Assembly: GCF_046119375.1 (NCBI RefSeq)
Contig: NW_027362761.1
Coordinates: 537,788,001 to 537,852,000 of the forward strand
Source of the DNA: Phyllobates terribilis
Taxonomy: Eukaryota
DNA: 64,000 bases
Reading direction: 5' to 3'
The position numbers and the translations under genes are program-made. The notes under the pieces were generated by a model that made no database searches, was not told the DNA's origin, and saw nothing but the letters and a program-made list of their open reading frames with translations. This document shows, piece after piece, positions 25,096 to 39,117 of this stretch. Within the stretch, counting starts at the first letter, position 1. Each line of letters opens with the position of its first letter.

Positions 25096-28000
25096 TGACA
25101 GTAATAGAGGATAGTGGTTGTGCTTGGTTATATAGACATGACAGTCAGGATTGTAGGAAAGCTGGGTGACGGGGACGACAACACGTCTTGATTTTTACCA
25201 TTAAATCACCACCGTACCTCTTATTTGTACATCAGTCTAAATAATTGCCTGAACTTCCAGGACCTCCCCTCTTCTGAATCAGCCCTCTAACAGCTTGTTG
25301 CGTTTGTATTCACGCCGGCGTGCTCAGCGGCAGACGAGCGCCTGTCACTGTGACTCACTCACAAAATGAAATAATTTGCTGCAAAGAGCCGGAATCTCGT
25401 TCTTCCGGTTTTTCCTTTTTAGGATGGCACTCTCATCTGGCTGGCACGTGTATTTGCTAATCACAGAGGTGGAAAGGGAAATGCTAATCGTCTGTAAACT
25501 GCTGGATGTGGAATTTTCTGAAATCTCTGATTAAAAATGACCTGAACCTGTGTAGAAGGAGGATGTCCAAGAGTTTGTGTTACTGGATGGGTCACCTAGA
25601 GGCTATAGGGGTTCCCCAAAGTACAGGCTGCTGTTATTTTCTTCTATACGCTAATGGGGGGCACAAGGGGGCTCAGCTGCTCATGGACTGGGTACATGCA
25701 CCATCTTATATTTCATTCCAAGCAGGATCCTCGTGCAAACATTTGCAGACCTTGGGGATTGGTTTATATATTAAACCTAGTCCTCTTTGTACAGCTGAGT
25801 ATTCACTACAGCTGTTTTCTGCCTGATAAGTGTATTTTTTTGTCTTTTTCTGATAGTTTTCAGCGATCTGACAGTGTAGGTACACAGACTGTTAAGCTCC
25901 GAGGATTGTCTAAATGGGTGAGCAGATAGGATATCGGATCGGCGGGGTCTGTCTGTTTGTTCTGTCTGCAGCGCTCATCTGAGATGCCATGTCAGCATTG
26001 GAGAGAGGGTCGTGACCCATTTAATCAGCTTTTCAGTGGGAGTCCTGCGGGTTGGACCTGCACCGATCAGACTATTATTGACCTGTCCTGAAGATAAGCC
26101 ATCGGTATTATGATTCTGAATCCCTGGCCACACACTAGAGTAACTTTTTGAAAATCTTCGGAATCTTTTCATGGTGGTGATCAATTGCGCATATAGATCA
26201 AAAAAAGTTCATCTGTCGCGTTGCTGGGTGCTGTAGTTAAAAAGTTGGTGATGTCAAATTACAGGTCTGCATCCCATCAATAGAATCCTGAATTGTTTTA
26301 ACTTCCAAAAATAAAAAATAGGGCCATATGAAGTCCCCCTACTGTATGGTCAGCTATAATTATAGCAAACTCTCGGCTTTGAGAAGTACCAGGTCTAACA
26401 GCAGAGAACTTGAGGATTGGGAAGGAAAAACAAAGTCCCAATTTCATCATTTTATGTTTTTTCTAGTGACTCTTCTTTTTGTCTTGTGGTGTTCTTTGCC
26501 GTAATTTTGCTCCAAATTCTTCAAAATGGCACACACAGGTGGTGAATTTTGTGCAAACGCAGATGCTTTTTTTGTTTTGTTATCCCTTTGGCACCTTTTT
26601 ACAACATATAGTCACATAATCCTTTAAAATGCCGTCCATTCGTCTTCAACCCCACAAAAATAAAATACTGGAGTACAATTACGCAAAAAAATTGCTTTAT
26701 CTTGAAAACTTGCAAATGATGAATTTAATCCAAAATATCTGGATAAGTAAAACCACAGCCAAATATTTTTTTTGACAAAGCCAGATTAAATTGATATTAT
26801 AAAGTGAATAAGGTGAAAACATAAGTCACTATTAGAACCATTTTTACTCAAGAAAAAATAGCGCAAAGAGCGCGTTGAATCGGAAACAAAGTATTTCAGA
26901 AAGTTGTAAAAGTTTTCAAAACAACCCTGTTAATTGAATCAAATTAAAACTATGCTGAAATATACGAGAACCCCATCTTTTAAGGGCAGGCCTAATAAAG
27001 TTGTGAAGCGGGAGATGGCAAGTGAGTACTGACATGGGGCTTTGTCCTCGTCTCGCTGTGGCTGAGGTCATGTTTCCAGCTGCACGGCTGATTCATGGCA
27101 CTAAGAATATCGGTTCTTGGAGAGAAGAGCGCTGCTTCACATCACATTGCTGAAAACACTGGGGAGCCGTGATGATGGCAACTAAGAGACATTTACCCTG
27201 GAATGTTATTAATAGCCTCTGAACAGCGGGATTGGTCGGATACGTGCAGCACTGAAGTCATTCCTTCCAGCTGGGTGACACATGGTAGAAAAATTCCTGG
27301 GATTGCCCAAGAAGTTGAGTTGGGTTTGTCTGTTGCCGTGAGGAGCTGGATGTTTTATTTCAGAGACTTTCTTGCCTAAAATAGCTGCATAGATGGTGAA
27401 TGGATCCGGACATCGAGCATTGGCAATAATGGATTCGGAGAAGTGGTTACCTCTAATTGTGTGATCAACCATGTTATCGGAGGTCTAAAAAACCCATGGC
27501 TTTGTGCTAAGTATTCATAATTCAGTTACCTTTAAAGGCTTGTGTACATCCAGCTAGCACCAAATGACTGTTTTAGTAGAATGATCTCCTGGACAAGCGT
27601 GTGCGGAATGCATCTTATCCCACCATCATACTCGCATAGAAGTCAATAGTGGTTCAGCCACCATTTGGGCTCCCAATCACGAGTGCCGCTCTGCAGGTTA
27701 TGGAGAGGCAGCAAAGTCAGATCGATAACCCCGCTTGTCATGGACTACATGGCTGGAACTATAAAATAAGGTAACTTTCACCCAGGCAGGTGAAGTGGAT
27801 GGTAGAAATTTAGCAAGAGTCTCACAACTACCTCTGTCTTGCACCCATCACACAAAAGATGGCCACCTTTACCCCTGTAGGACACCATTCAGTTTGTCTC
27901 TGGTACACATGGACTCGGCCTGTATTTCCAGGACACTGGCATCTCAAAGATGGTTCTACTCGGTCTGATGTGATCCAACCTTGACAAATGGACAAAACTT

Positions 28001-31000
28001 GAAAAAAAAGCATTATTTATACGAGAACTGCCTGATGTGGACACCCATGTTTCACGAACTTCACTGAGGTATGTGGCGTTTTGTGCCTCATGTCTACCTT
28101 ATGTTAGCTGCAGCTTGTATTCTCAGAAATTGGGGGGACTTAGCCTTCAAAACTGGCAGCATGTGGGCGACAGACGCACTGTGTAATGTTCTCAGAAGTA
28201 GGTGAGGGCACCCGATGTTCCTTAGGATCTATAGATACAGCAAGTGACAAAGTAGGTGGGCTTTACACAGAACCTCCAGCATGATATCAGAGCATTTATA
28301 CAATACAGTTCAACCGCCCACACACTCATCTGAGCACATAGTGTTTCCAGCACATAGAAGTGAGCTATAAAGGGGACTTAACCCTTTACATCCTTCGCAA
28401 AGCCATGTCCTCCCACCATGGGCTTTCCATTTATCTGTAATGTGACCCAAGTCTGGTTGTAAAAACTTCTTACAGAGATGACTCTTGGAAAAGTAATCAA
28501 AATATGCAAAAGAGGAAATCCATTTCTAGACATCTACTGCCATATTGGAGGTTCTGTAGAAGACCATATACATAGAACCACTACTGCCTCCAGGAACAAG
28601 AGGATCTTGGGTCTCTGGCTGGAGATTTCTGTAACTTGAAATGCTCCCAAATAACTATAAAAGCCACCCCGATGTCATACTGTGTAGCCCAAATTCATAT
28701 TTTTCTCGCTCTTCAATAGAATATCTCTGGTTGGCTTTGCTCTTAAATGGTCAAAGCAGAATTAATGCCCATAAAATCTCAATATTGCTGTGATGATGCT
28801 AGCAGAACTAATTCAGACAATTTAGAAGGTAGAGTAAGTCCTTACAGCAGATGTAGCGGCTTTTAAACTCTGCATTATAACCGGTTAATTGAAGCTAACC
28901 GAGCATGGACAATCCCCAAGTGATCCATCCATAGATAATTGTCTAATATTATGGTCAGGAGATTCTCATGGCTATAAATCCTATAGAAACTTGCTGAGAA
29001 ATCCTGCCAAATTCATAAGGGAATGGTTTCTATGTTCGCGACTATGCGGACTATATAAATTGGCCTTCTGCCATACCATGTACGAAGATCACCTACAGAT
29101 TTGGCATAGCAAAAAACCTAGGGTGACTATTCTTGAAGTTCTGTTAAATTCCGTGGTGCTGTAATTTTAGTGCTGGAAGTTTGAGCAGCAGTGTAGGAGT
29201 TAATTTTGTAAATTTGGCGTCTGTTGCACCTCCTGAGATAGTCTTCTGACAGGTCAATGTGACCTCTTACATAATGGTGGACTTTACACTTGAATACCAA
29301 ATGATATTTTTGAGGTGGCCTTGATCATTTGAGCAAAGTCAAGCAGCCCAGGCAATTACAGAGTGACCAGCTGACTATCTTGTATGTATGGAAGGCCTAC
29401 CAACCTTCTATACATACAAAAGAAAAGTATTGGGTATGCTAAATTTTAGTGTCCTATCTTTTTGGTCTTATAGGATATAAGCTGCCACTAGTGGAGTCTT
29501 TCAGCAGCTTACTCCCCTCTCCTGATTGAGAACATATCCACGCTTATCCAAACTGAGGGCATGTGTGTAGAGGGTTCGAGAGGGATAGCTGTCAATCAAT
29601 GGATGGCCATTGATGTTGTATCGGCACCTATGTGCAGACAGCTCTTTTGGAGTTCTTTGTTCTTTGTCAGTAAAGAATAGGTTACTGATTGGGTGAGATG
29701 CATTTTCGGCTTTCGAGGAGCACCAGTTCTCCTGGAAGAGAGTCTTGGGGGTTCCTTTACATAAGCATATAATCATTTACACAATGACCCATGCAATTGT
29801 CATTCACAACCAGTAAAAAATGTCCGACAAGTGTTTATACAGGATGAGAATCATGAAAGAAATGGTTGAACAGCGACGGTTCCACTCCTACTTTTTGCCG
29901 GTCTAATCGTCAAACATGCGAACAGTCTCCATTTACATTGCACAATCTTCAAAAGATGAATGGAGATTTTTTCACTCTCCTATGCAATATTATTGAAGAT
30001 GAATAAGTGTTTTTGGACACATCGTTCAGTTGCTCAACCCATTCACAATACTCAATTATTGTGAATGATGGGTCGTTACCACTAGAACCTGACGGACCAT
30101 CGGCCATTGTAAATGCCTCTTTACAGGCAGTGCTACCAGCACTATCTCCGCAGAAATCCACTACTGTCTCCATGAACTGTATCAAAGACATCTGTCCCAG
30201 CCAACCAGTACCCCGCTGTGTACTGATGAGGAGCAAAGACTCCAAAACAGCTGTCTACAGATGAGAATTGCTGGTTTGGCTCAGAATTCTAATCATGTTT
30301 TTAAGGCTCTTGAATGGGCTGAACGTTGACAGACTGGGGAGCTACCTTTAACAAGTGCCATTATAATAACAGTTTTCTTCCTCCTGTAACAAGAGGCAGG
30401 TTTACAATACTGACAAACACCGCCTGTGCCCCCCATATATGTAGCTGAAAATCATGCACAATGCCAACAGCTCACAACGTTTCCTCTGTTTTCCATGGGA
30501 AGAAACACTTGCAAAACCCCACTGGACATCTCTTAGCACATCCACCTATCTTACAAGACTGGCATTGGGCCGGTAATCCATTGTCACACAGGGTGTGTAG
30601 ATGATGTTGTGTTTTTGCAAAGCACAATTCGTGAGCTTTTCCTTATCACACAAAATCCTGTCCCTGCTGAGCTAGTTTTTTCAATTGAGAAGGGCAAAGT
30701 GGTCATTACTACCTCAGCATAAAGAACTTTCCTCCCAGTTCTGTCTGTGGGACCTTTGTATTAACAGCTTGTTCATTATTAGTATAGGACATTGGAAATT
30801 GTCATTGCGTATTAAACAATGTTTCACAACCTCATCTGTCTTCAACCCCCGAGAAGTTTTGTTCTGGAACCATCATCTCTGACGCTTACGCTTTTCTACA
30901 AGTTCATCATTCATCTTAATTTAAGGCTTTTATTAGTTAGGTTGGGGTCCTCACATTCTCATTAAGTAATCACCATCATGTAAGATCTTTCAGATCTTTT

Positions 31001-32976
31001 CTCATCATTTTTTTCCCCAAGTTCATCCAGTTGTACACGAAATATAAGTTTGTGATCTAGCAGAGGATTTATTGGCTGAAGGATAAAAGTTCAGAGTGTA
31101 GTACAATATATGTCTTGGGAACATCTTCTGTATCCATTATGAGTTGTCGTTGTGTTCTGTACCTCAACAATGTATTCATCAGAAGACCACTGTCATCTCC
31201 ATTCACCACGTCTTCCATTTTTCTCTTTTTTTTCCTCCATTCATTGGATTTTTTTTTCTCATTTGAACACACTGAACCTTTTAGGTCTTTCCTACCTCCA
31301 AAACTTTTTTTTTTCCTTCTACTAGATGTCTACCTAAAACACCTAGAAGGAAGCCTGCAATCCTGATGCACCTGTGGGATCTTCTAGCCCACCCCACAAG
31401 TCTGCAGGCCACAAGTCATGTTTAAGTGCGAACCCAGACAAAAAGTCGGGAACGATTTTTTTATCAAGTCTATTGGCGACGGCGCTCAGGAGAAGCGCAG
31501 AACCACGTTTTTTAGAGTGGGGATTACCTTGGGAATTCTGTCTGCTCATTTCGGGGGTAGGTACTGTATTTCTTTAAGGTTCTGTGACTTCTGCATGTAT
31601 AAGTGTTTGTGGAATCGGTGTGTATCTCAGTGACTGGTTGGAGGAAATAAATGGTACATGAGGGGTGCCGTCTCCTAAAGATGACCATTTTAATCCAGAA
31701 GCCTGGTTTATTACAACTCTGCTAAAAAGCAATTTTACCAAGGGAACTTTCCATCACATGTGTGCAGTATACATAGTTCCAATCAGGGGTGCACACTTAC
31801 ACAGCGGTAGCCTTGACGTTTTTGGGTTGGAAGCTATACTCCTTAGATAAAGGTTGCTTAAATGCTCATTTATTTTTCCTGCCCACCTTTATATACTTGG
31901 ACACTCAACCGTTTTTTCTTGAGAGGGAGAGGATAGTTACCCACTGCCAGATACCTCTGCTTATGGATTATTTCCCTTGAGAATAAACGGTCAGGCATGT
32001 TTAAAACTAACATGCCTCCTTCTTTCTACAATTGACTTTTCCACATCTACACATTAGATGGTTGGCTGATCCCGCCAAAAAATGTGTTCATCTCGCATGT
32101 ATAGCCACCCTTAGAAAGCTCAAGTTTGAGACATGGGTCATAAATCTGTTTATTGGCCTTTGTCTCTAAAAGATTACCATTATTAGCCCAGGAAAATTAA
32201 TATTGTCAGTCTGATAGGTGCTCGTATAAATGTCCATTGTCTTGGACGTGAACCAATTTTTATAAATGTGATTTAACAAATGCATTCGGGGCTGATTGAG
32301 TATCTTACTAACTTTGGCAACTTCCTGCATAGTCATTGACTTTGACATGATCAAACTTTAAACTTTAGACTTCTTGCTAAGGGTGGCCATACACAGATAA
32401 TGAGACATTGATCTGTCAGCATATAATATATTTTGGGTCCCTTATTTCTGAAGAATGATGGATGAGCTCTTCGGAAAAAGATTTTCAAGTGTATAGAGAA
32501 TATCTTTGCAATATCAAATTCATTGGCACCTACCAGTCTTGATCTGGTCCTCTATGGTCCTGTATGTACTGACGTGTACAAAAACTATGCTGAAGACTCT
32601 TGTGTTCTCTGTGAGAGAGCTGCTGATATAAGCCACCGCCAGAGATGTCTCTCTTATAAAGCAAAAGGATAGACATTCCGAAATCGGGCATACCGGATCC
32701 TTACATATCTTAATTATTATCTGTACGGTTCCCCATACACATTAGACTTGTCAGCCACACCTGTCGATGTCGGCAGGTTCAGCAGATGTCAGACTGATGT
32801 GTATGGTGGCTTTACCGTTCTCCTCTTCTTGTCTTGAAAATTAGAACTAAAATGAGCTCCGACAAGTATTATTCCACCATATTGGTTTTACTACTCATGA
32901 ATATTGATGCATTTATCACATTGTTGTTTTCCTTCTAGGAGCGAGGATTCTAGATCAGAAGCCTCAAACGGTGGAC

Positions 32977-33187
32977 ATGGGAAAGGATTACTACAAGATC
33001 TTGGGCATCCCTTCAGGGGCCAACGAAGATGAGATCAAGAAAGCCTATCGCAAAATGGCCCTTAAATACCATCCAGATAAGAACAAGGATGCCAATGCTG
33101 AGGACAAGTTCAAGGAAATCGCAGAAGCCTATGATGTCCTCTGTGATCCCAAAAAGAGAGCAGTATATGACCAGTATGGAGAGGAAG
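32977..33187 (+). CDS. DNAJB5: DNAJB5 coding exon 1 (J-domain: [37 protein letters not shown]...DQYGEEG)
   Basis: J-domain with HPD motif. Acceptor ttccttctag at 32938 (exon starts 32939), ATG at 32977, donor G|gtaagg at 33188, phase 1. Closely matches remembered vertebrate DNAJB5. Confidence 0.96.
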
Positions 33188-34804
33188 GTAAGGACCCTGA
33201 AACCAGAGTGGATGGGTCAATGACTGTGAAGTATGTCCAGTAACATGACCATAAATGCTGTGGGTCTAGCTGCTGAGACCACCACCTATCCCAAGCAAAG
33301 AGTACAAAGTCCCCCCTTGTGATTGATGGCAGTGAGCATAGGTGACCACCACTCCTGTACTCAGTGTTAGCACATGCTTATTACCACTCCATTCATACAG
33401 AGAACTTTGGGAAGCCTGTTCTCATGGTTGGTGGAGATTCCAGGAGATAAATCCCCAGTGATCATACATTTATTACCTATCCTGTTGATGGGCAACAAAT
33501 TTTAGGGTACAACCCAAATGTATAGATTGATGTTTCTTTTAGAAGTGGCCCATATAACCTATTGGAGCATGCTTCATAGGTGTCCTAGTGGGACCAATGT
33601 CATACTTGTATTAGGTTCTTTTCACAACACTTTACGGAACCCTAAATGCAATGCTGATGGCATACATGATGGACACCAGCAGTGTGGAAGTGATTGATTA
33701 GTAATAGGGTACTGCACAGCATTTGACACTTTGCCATTAAAAAAATGGCCCTGCATGCAGTTCTATATATTTTTGCATTAAATATAATGGTGTATGTCCA
33801 TTAGTCTGGGCATTATAATCCCCATGCCCATACCTGCAAGTTAGTCCAGGACTTCATGGAAACATGTGTCACACATTGCGATATCTCATCTAATGATTTC
33901 AACTTACTGCAAGTGTTTCCAAATATCTTTGTTGGACTTTCTGTCGCTGGTCTCAAGTCACACGCAACTCACTTGCCATACACTTCAATGCCAGTTGCAT
34001 GCCAACGCACCCGATCTATAACTTGTTTGCGCTTTGGCTGTTTTTTTTTTACAGCCAAATTGCAGTTGTAAAATAGTCACACAGCAGCGAGTTGAAGACA
34101 ATTTGCACAAGTGTATTTGGTCGTATGACCAAAAACATGATGCCCGGCCCGTCCCATGTTCTGAAAAGATGGCCGTCTGTAACCTGCTATTAGCAGAACT
34201 GAACACTGGCATCTAATGTTGTACATTTCCACTGTTGTTCTGTCATTATGTAGACATCTCCAGATTGCTCTTCAGCAATTATTAATAACCTGGACCTGCC
34301 AGGACTTATTTGTGCAAAACGGCCGTGCTGTTTATACTGAGAAATAATCCCGAGCCAGCTTTCTGTCTGATCATGTGTCTTGTGCACATGAGGATGTTTT
34401 CGTGGTGCTTGGAGTTAGGATATAGAGCAATAAGCAATCCCCTTGCCCAGAGCCACCACTGAGTCTGACTGCTGCAAACAAGACTAGATGTCTCCAGGGC
34501 TAATACATCTAGGGTGACCCTACAAGGAGAACTGTGCACAGCTGTGTAGTATCCAGTAAGAAGCTACATGTTGTCACTTGAAGATGTTTTCTTCACTTCA
34601 AAATGTTAAAAGGGTATTCCCATATCATAAAGTGTTGGCATATCAGTAGGATATGCAACGACTTTGATAGATTGGGGTCCCAGATATTGGACAACTGCCT
34701 ATCGTGAGAAAGAAGGGGCAGATGAGGAGTTACATCATACATTATACTTGGTACACATCCATAGTTTACGTTTTCCTGACGAATATTCTCTGTCTCCGAT
34801 GCAG

Positions 34805-35397
34805 GTCTGAAGACAGGAGGTGGATCATCTGGTAACACTGGGAACTCCTTCCATTACACTTTCCACGGGGACCCTCATGCCACCTTTGCTTCTTTCTTTG
34901 GAGGCTCAAACCCCTTTGACATCTTCTTTGGCTCAGGTCGCACTCGTATGGGCAATGGCTTCGACCACGAAGACATGGACATCGAAGATGATGATGATGA
35001 CCCCTTCAATAACTTTGGGCGTTTTGGGGTGAACGGATTCCACCGGCGGCACCCAGATCAGCTGCACAACCGACGGAAAGTGCAAGACCCCCCTGTCATC
35101 CATGAGCTTAAAGTGTCATTGGAGGAAATCTATCACGGCTGTACCAAACGAATGAAGATCACACGGAGAAGATTGAACCCAGATGGCCGGACAGTAAGAA
35201 CTGAGGACAAGATCCTAAATGTGGTGATCAAGAAAGGTTGGAAGGAGGGAACCAAGATCACCTTTCCTAGAGAGGGGGACGTCACATCAGAAAACATCCC
35301 TGCAGATATTGTGTTCCTACTGAAAGACAAACCACATGCACATTTCAAGAGAGACGGGTCCAACATAGTTTATACGGCCAAGATCACCTTGAAAGAG
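34805..35397 (+). CDS. DNAJB5: DNAJB5 coding exon 2 (G/F-rich region and C-terminal domain I: GLKTGGGSSG...FHGDPHATFASFFGGSNPF...KVQDPPVIHELKVSLEEIYHGCTKRMKITRRRLNPDGRTVRTEDK...TLKE)
   Basis: Acceptor gatgcag|gt at 34804, donor GAG|gtgagt at 35398. Phases 1 to 0 fit the flanking exons. RRRLNPDGRTVRTEDKIL matches DNAJB5. Confidence 0.96.
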
Positions 35398-36799
35398 GTG
35401 AGTGCGCTTTCTAAAAACTTCTTCTGCACTCTAAGGGCATTTTACTATAGTATACAAATGTCTGATTGGTAGGAGTACCAGTGGTGGCTGGATCCAATTT
35501 GGTAATACACACTAGGATATTGACTATTATTAAGGTTTGTAGATTTGAAGACTATATCACACAAATCTTTAAAGGCCGTTGGCTACAATAGCTGAACAAC
35601 AGTCCTAAACAAGCATGTAGAATAGAGGTCTCTTGTATAGCAGATATAATGTCCGGTGACCACCTCAGGTCCTCAACTAGTTGCCACTGATATAGGAAGT
35701 CAAGAGACTCCATGAATAATTCTCTAAAGGTGGCCATACAATTTAGATTGAAGTAGTTTGATTGAGCAACTGATCCTCTGGTGAATAGGGTTGAGATAAC
35801 AATTCACATATTTCCAGTCCAGTGACTTTGTGAGTAGTCAGTGGCAGCCGGTCAGAGCACTGTGAACCTCCTCCTACCAGCCGGCATCCTTGTAGGCCCA
35901 TCACAACATAATCATGATGTCACGTTGGGCTTGCTAATCAGAAGAGGCACCGGGATGCCAGCTGGTAAGAGGAGGCTCATAGGATTCTTGTCCTTCGACC
36001 ACGGATTACTGATATGGCTTGAGGGGTCCTGTAAATCTTTTTGCTCATCTCTCCTCTTGAGTGATCGTTTTGCCAATGCAGCCATACACATTTTGGCCAT
36101 ACATTGTGAATCGTACTGGACAAAGAAGAGAATCTTACTGAGAACATTCTTTACAGGAAAGATCATTCGTAGGGTCAAAAGATCTTTTGTAAGTGCGAGA
36201 AGAGATCTGAACCTAGTTTAAGTAGGGTAGTGCTCCCTGTGCATGCAGTATGAGCTCAGTACCAGATCCTGCTTGTTATGGGTCTATTTCGAGACACTTT
36301 GAGCTCAGCGCTGCTGTCACTGGGTGTGCATCAGGAGTAGACTCTTCACATGATATTTAAACTGACTGTATAGATGATTATATAGAGTCATCTTGTGATG
36401 AATGACTGCTGCTGGGTGGTGGTTTTCATTTTCAACATTTAATAAGGACTTGTCTCTTAATGGAAATCTGACACATTGTAACATACCATTGCGAGTTATT
36501 TCAATAGGGATTTCTTGTTTACTTACAAGGTTCTTGTAACTCTTTAGTAGGAGCTTCTTCAGAGGTTGCTCTCTAATAAGGGCTTCTTCAGGGGTTGCTC
36601 TCTAATAAGGGCTTCTTCAGGGGTTGCTCTCTACTAAGGGCTTCTTCAGGGGTTCTATGAACATAATTCTCCATCAAACTCTACCGCACCCAAGAGCACT
36701 ACAAATATTGGCTGGTGACGAGCTCATGCAGCCTTTATCTATCCCCCATTTCCTCAAGATGGCTGGTCCATCATTGTAAATAAGCACCTGTACTTTGTG

Positions 36800-36951
36800 T
36801 CATCCCCACTTCATTGTAGATTGTAAGCTCTTACGAGCAGGGTGGCCACTATTTTTGCTTTAATTATTGTATTATCTTTAACTATGTTACTTATAACTGT
36901 TGTATTTGAACCTCTGAATTGTAAAGCGCTGTGCAATGTTAGCTCTATATA
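36800..36951 (+). mobile_element. 3' tail of an L2-like LINE, continuing after the MITE at 37670
   Basis: TAGATTGTAAGCTC...GCAGGG ... TGTAAAGCGCT...CTATATA, followed after the MITE by AATAATTATTATT. Confidence 0.55.
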
Positions 36952-37669
36952 CAGTATTTTTCGGACTATAAGACGCACCCCAAATTTTGGGTTGGAATAT
37001 AGGAAAAAATATATTTTTTTATAACATGGGGGTCCGCTTAATATAGTCTGAATTGGGTATCTTACCTGGGGGGCATTGGAGCAAGGGTCACAGGAGGCAG
37101 GGTCCTTCAGAAAGCCGGTGCTCCAGCACCGGGGAGTTGCAGAGGTGGAGCAGGATCGCAGGGCCCTCCGTTCCCTCCATCAGGAACCTGGCGGCTGCAG
37201 CAGAAGAGGTGAGATGGCTGAGGGGCTGGGGATGGTGTCTGCCTGGCGGGCCAGTGTCTGCTCGGGGATAAGGGAGGGGGAGGCGGTGAGCAGCGTGGCA
37301 GATTGGCGTGCGCGGCCATCTTTCTGAAGCTGTGATCTACAGGAAAATGGCCACCCGAGCTACCAGTCTGCGCATGTACCAGCTCAAGCGGCCATTTTGC
37401 TGTAGATCAAAGCTTCAGGAAAATGGCCACGCACACCGGAAAGCCGCGCACGTCACTCTGCCACTCCGCTCACCGGCCCCCAGCATCTCACCTCTTCTGT
37501 TGCTGCTGCCGCCACGTTGGAGGGAATGGAGGGCCCTGTGATCCCGCTCCACAACCACCGCAGCTATCAGGTAAGCTCTACGTTTGGACCATAAGACGCA
37601 CCCCCTCCATTTTCCTCCCAAATTGGGGGGGTGGGGGGGGGGGTGCATCTTATGGTCCGAAAAATGCGG
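36952..37669. mobile_element. Tc1/pogo-type MITE with TA TSD
   Basis: TIRs CAGTATTTTTCGGACTATAAGACGCACC ... GGTGCATCTTATGGTCCGAAAAATGCGG, TA on both sides. Confidence 0.8.
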
Positions 37670-37913
37670 TAAATAATTATTATTAGTAGTAAGGGCTTCT
37701 TCAGAGGTTGCTCTCTAACAAGGGTTTATTCAAGTGGTTACTGTCTAGTAAGGGTTTCTTCTCAGTTTGCTTTTTATTTTTATTGCCACAAGGCTGTGTA
37801 AAACAGAATGTTTTTTACAAAATTGTAGGCAAACTGCAGCAGTTTGTCGTATTGCTGCGTGTCTGGAACTTGCATAATACTGACCTTTATATAATTCTGT
37901 GTGGTTATTATTA

Positions 37914-38618
37914 GGCTGAGTTCACACGATGCATTTTTTCATGCGTTTCCGCGGCGTTTTTGCAGTTGCGGAAAAGCATGAAAAACGCATGGTAGAAGGG
38001 CAGCAATGTTCCCCAATTGAAATCCGCATGTGCTGTGCCCATGATGCGGATTTTTCCGCAGCGTAAACGCTGCGGTCAAAAATCCGCAGCATGTCAATTA
38101 ATTTTGCGGAAACGCTGCTCTTTTGCCGCCATTGACTTGCATTAGACCGCGTGGAATCCGCATCACTGTATATGTTGATGTGCTTTTCATGCGGTCTAAT
38201 GTGCGGATGGTACCCGGGTCGCTGACGTCAGAGTCATGTGACGGGTCACGTGACGCTGACGTCGGAAGGTCCTACAGTCTTCACTGCCGGCAGCCGGGAC
38301 CGATGAAGCAGGACACCGGGGGCCATCAGAGGGTAAAGTATATATTTATTTTTTGACATTCATACACTATATAAATCCATGCTGTTTGCATGGATTTATA
38401 TATAGTGTGAAGTTGACAAGCACTTTCCAAGTGATGCTAAAATCGCTTGGGAAGCGCTTGTCAACCCGCATGCGGAAATGAAAGTGAAGACCGCTTCATT
38501 TCCGCATGTCCCTGGCAGGAAACCGCATGTACAATCCGCATGCGTTTTTTCCTGCCAGAGAGATGCAGAAACGCTCAGGAAAAAATCCTGAGCATTTCTG
38601 CATCGTGTGCACATACCC
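37914..38618. mobile_element. Harbinger-type MITE, 705 bp, an inverted copy of 39475-40303
   Basis: TIRs GGCTGAGTTCACACG / CGTGTGCACATACCC, TTA TSD at 37911-37913 and 38619-38621. Confidence 0.85.
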
Positions 38619-39117
38619 TTACTGTCTTTGCGCTTTCTGTTCTCCCCTATCCCTTTCGCCTCAGCGCCGCAGTGCAGCTCTAGGAAATGCCCCTGCGTGC
38701 GGCTGCCCTTACTTTTTTTTTGCTTCCACCTGGTCACTGCAGAGTTTCCAGAGATGCTATTAAAAGCCACATGTGTATTAATACCCAGAGTTGCCAGGGA
38801 ATCACATGTATTTAAGTGCTGCGAGACTTTGCAGTGCTGGAGAAGATTTTTTTTTCTTTTGGTTTATAAATCTGCTATTGTAGTGTTTATGCAAAAGGGA
38901 TCAGACAGTAAATTGTTACTGAAACCAGACAAGTGATCTTTAAACTTTTAGGGCTTATGTCTGGAACATTGCAGCCTCACCACATACTGTACTGATGTAT
39001 ATGTCGTCCTGATGCCCAATATTACTGCTCTTAAGTTCACACACAGTCAGTTATACTACTCAAGTGTTATTCCAGTTCAATGTGAAAATTCTCCTTATTT
39101 TTGTACATCGGGGGGTA

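Noticed and set aside
32971-33243. ORF-track J-domain-only protein ending ...[18 protein letters not shown]
   Set aside because: Read-through into the intron after the donor at 33188. No evidence of a truncated isoform.
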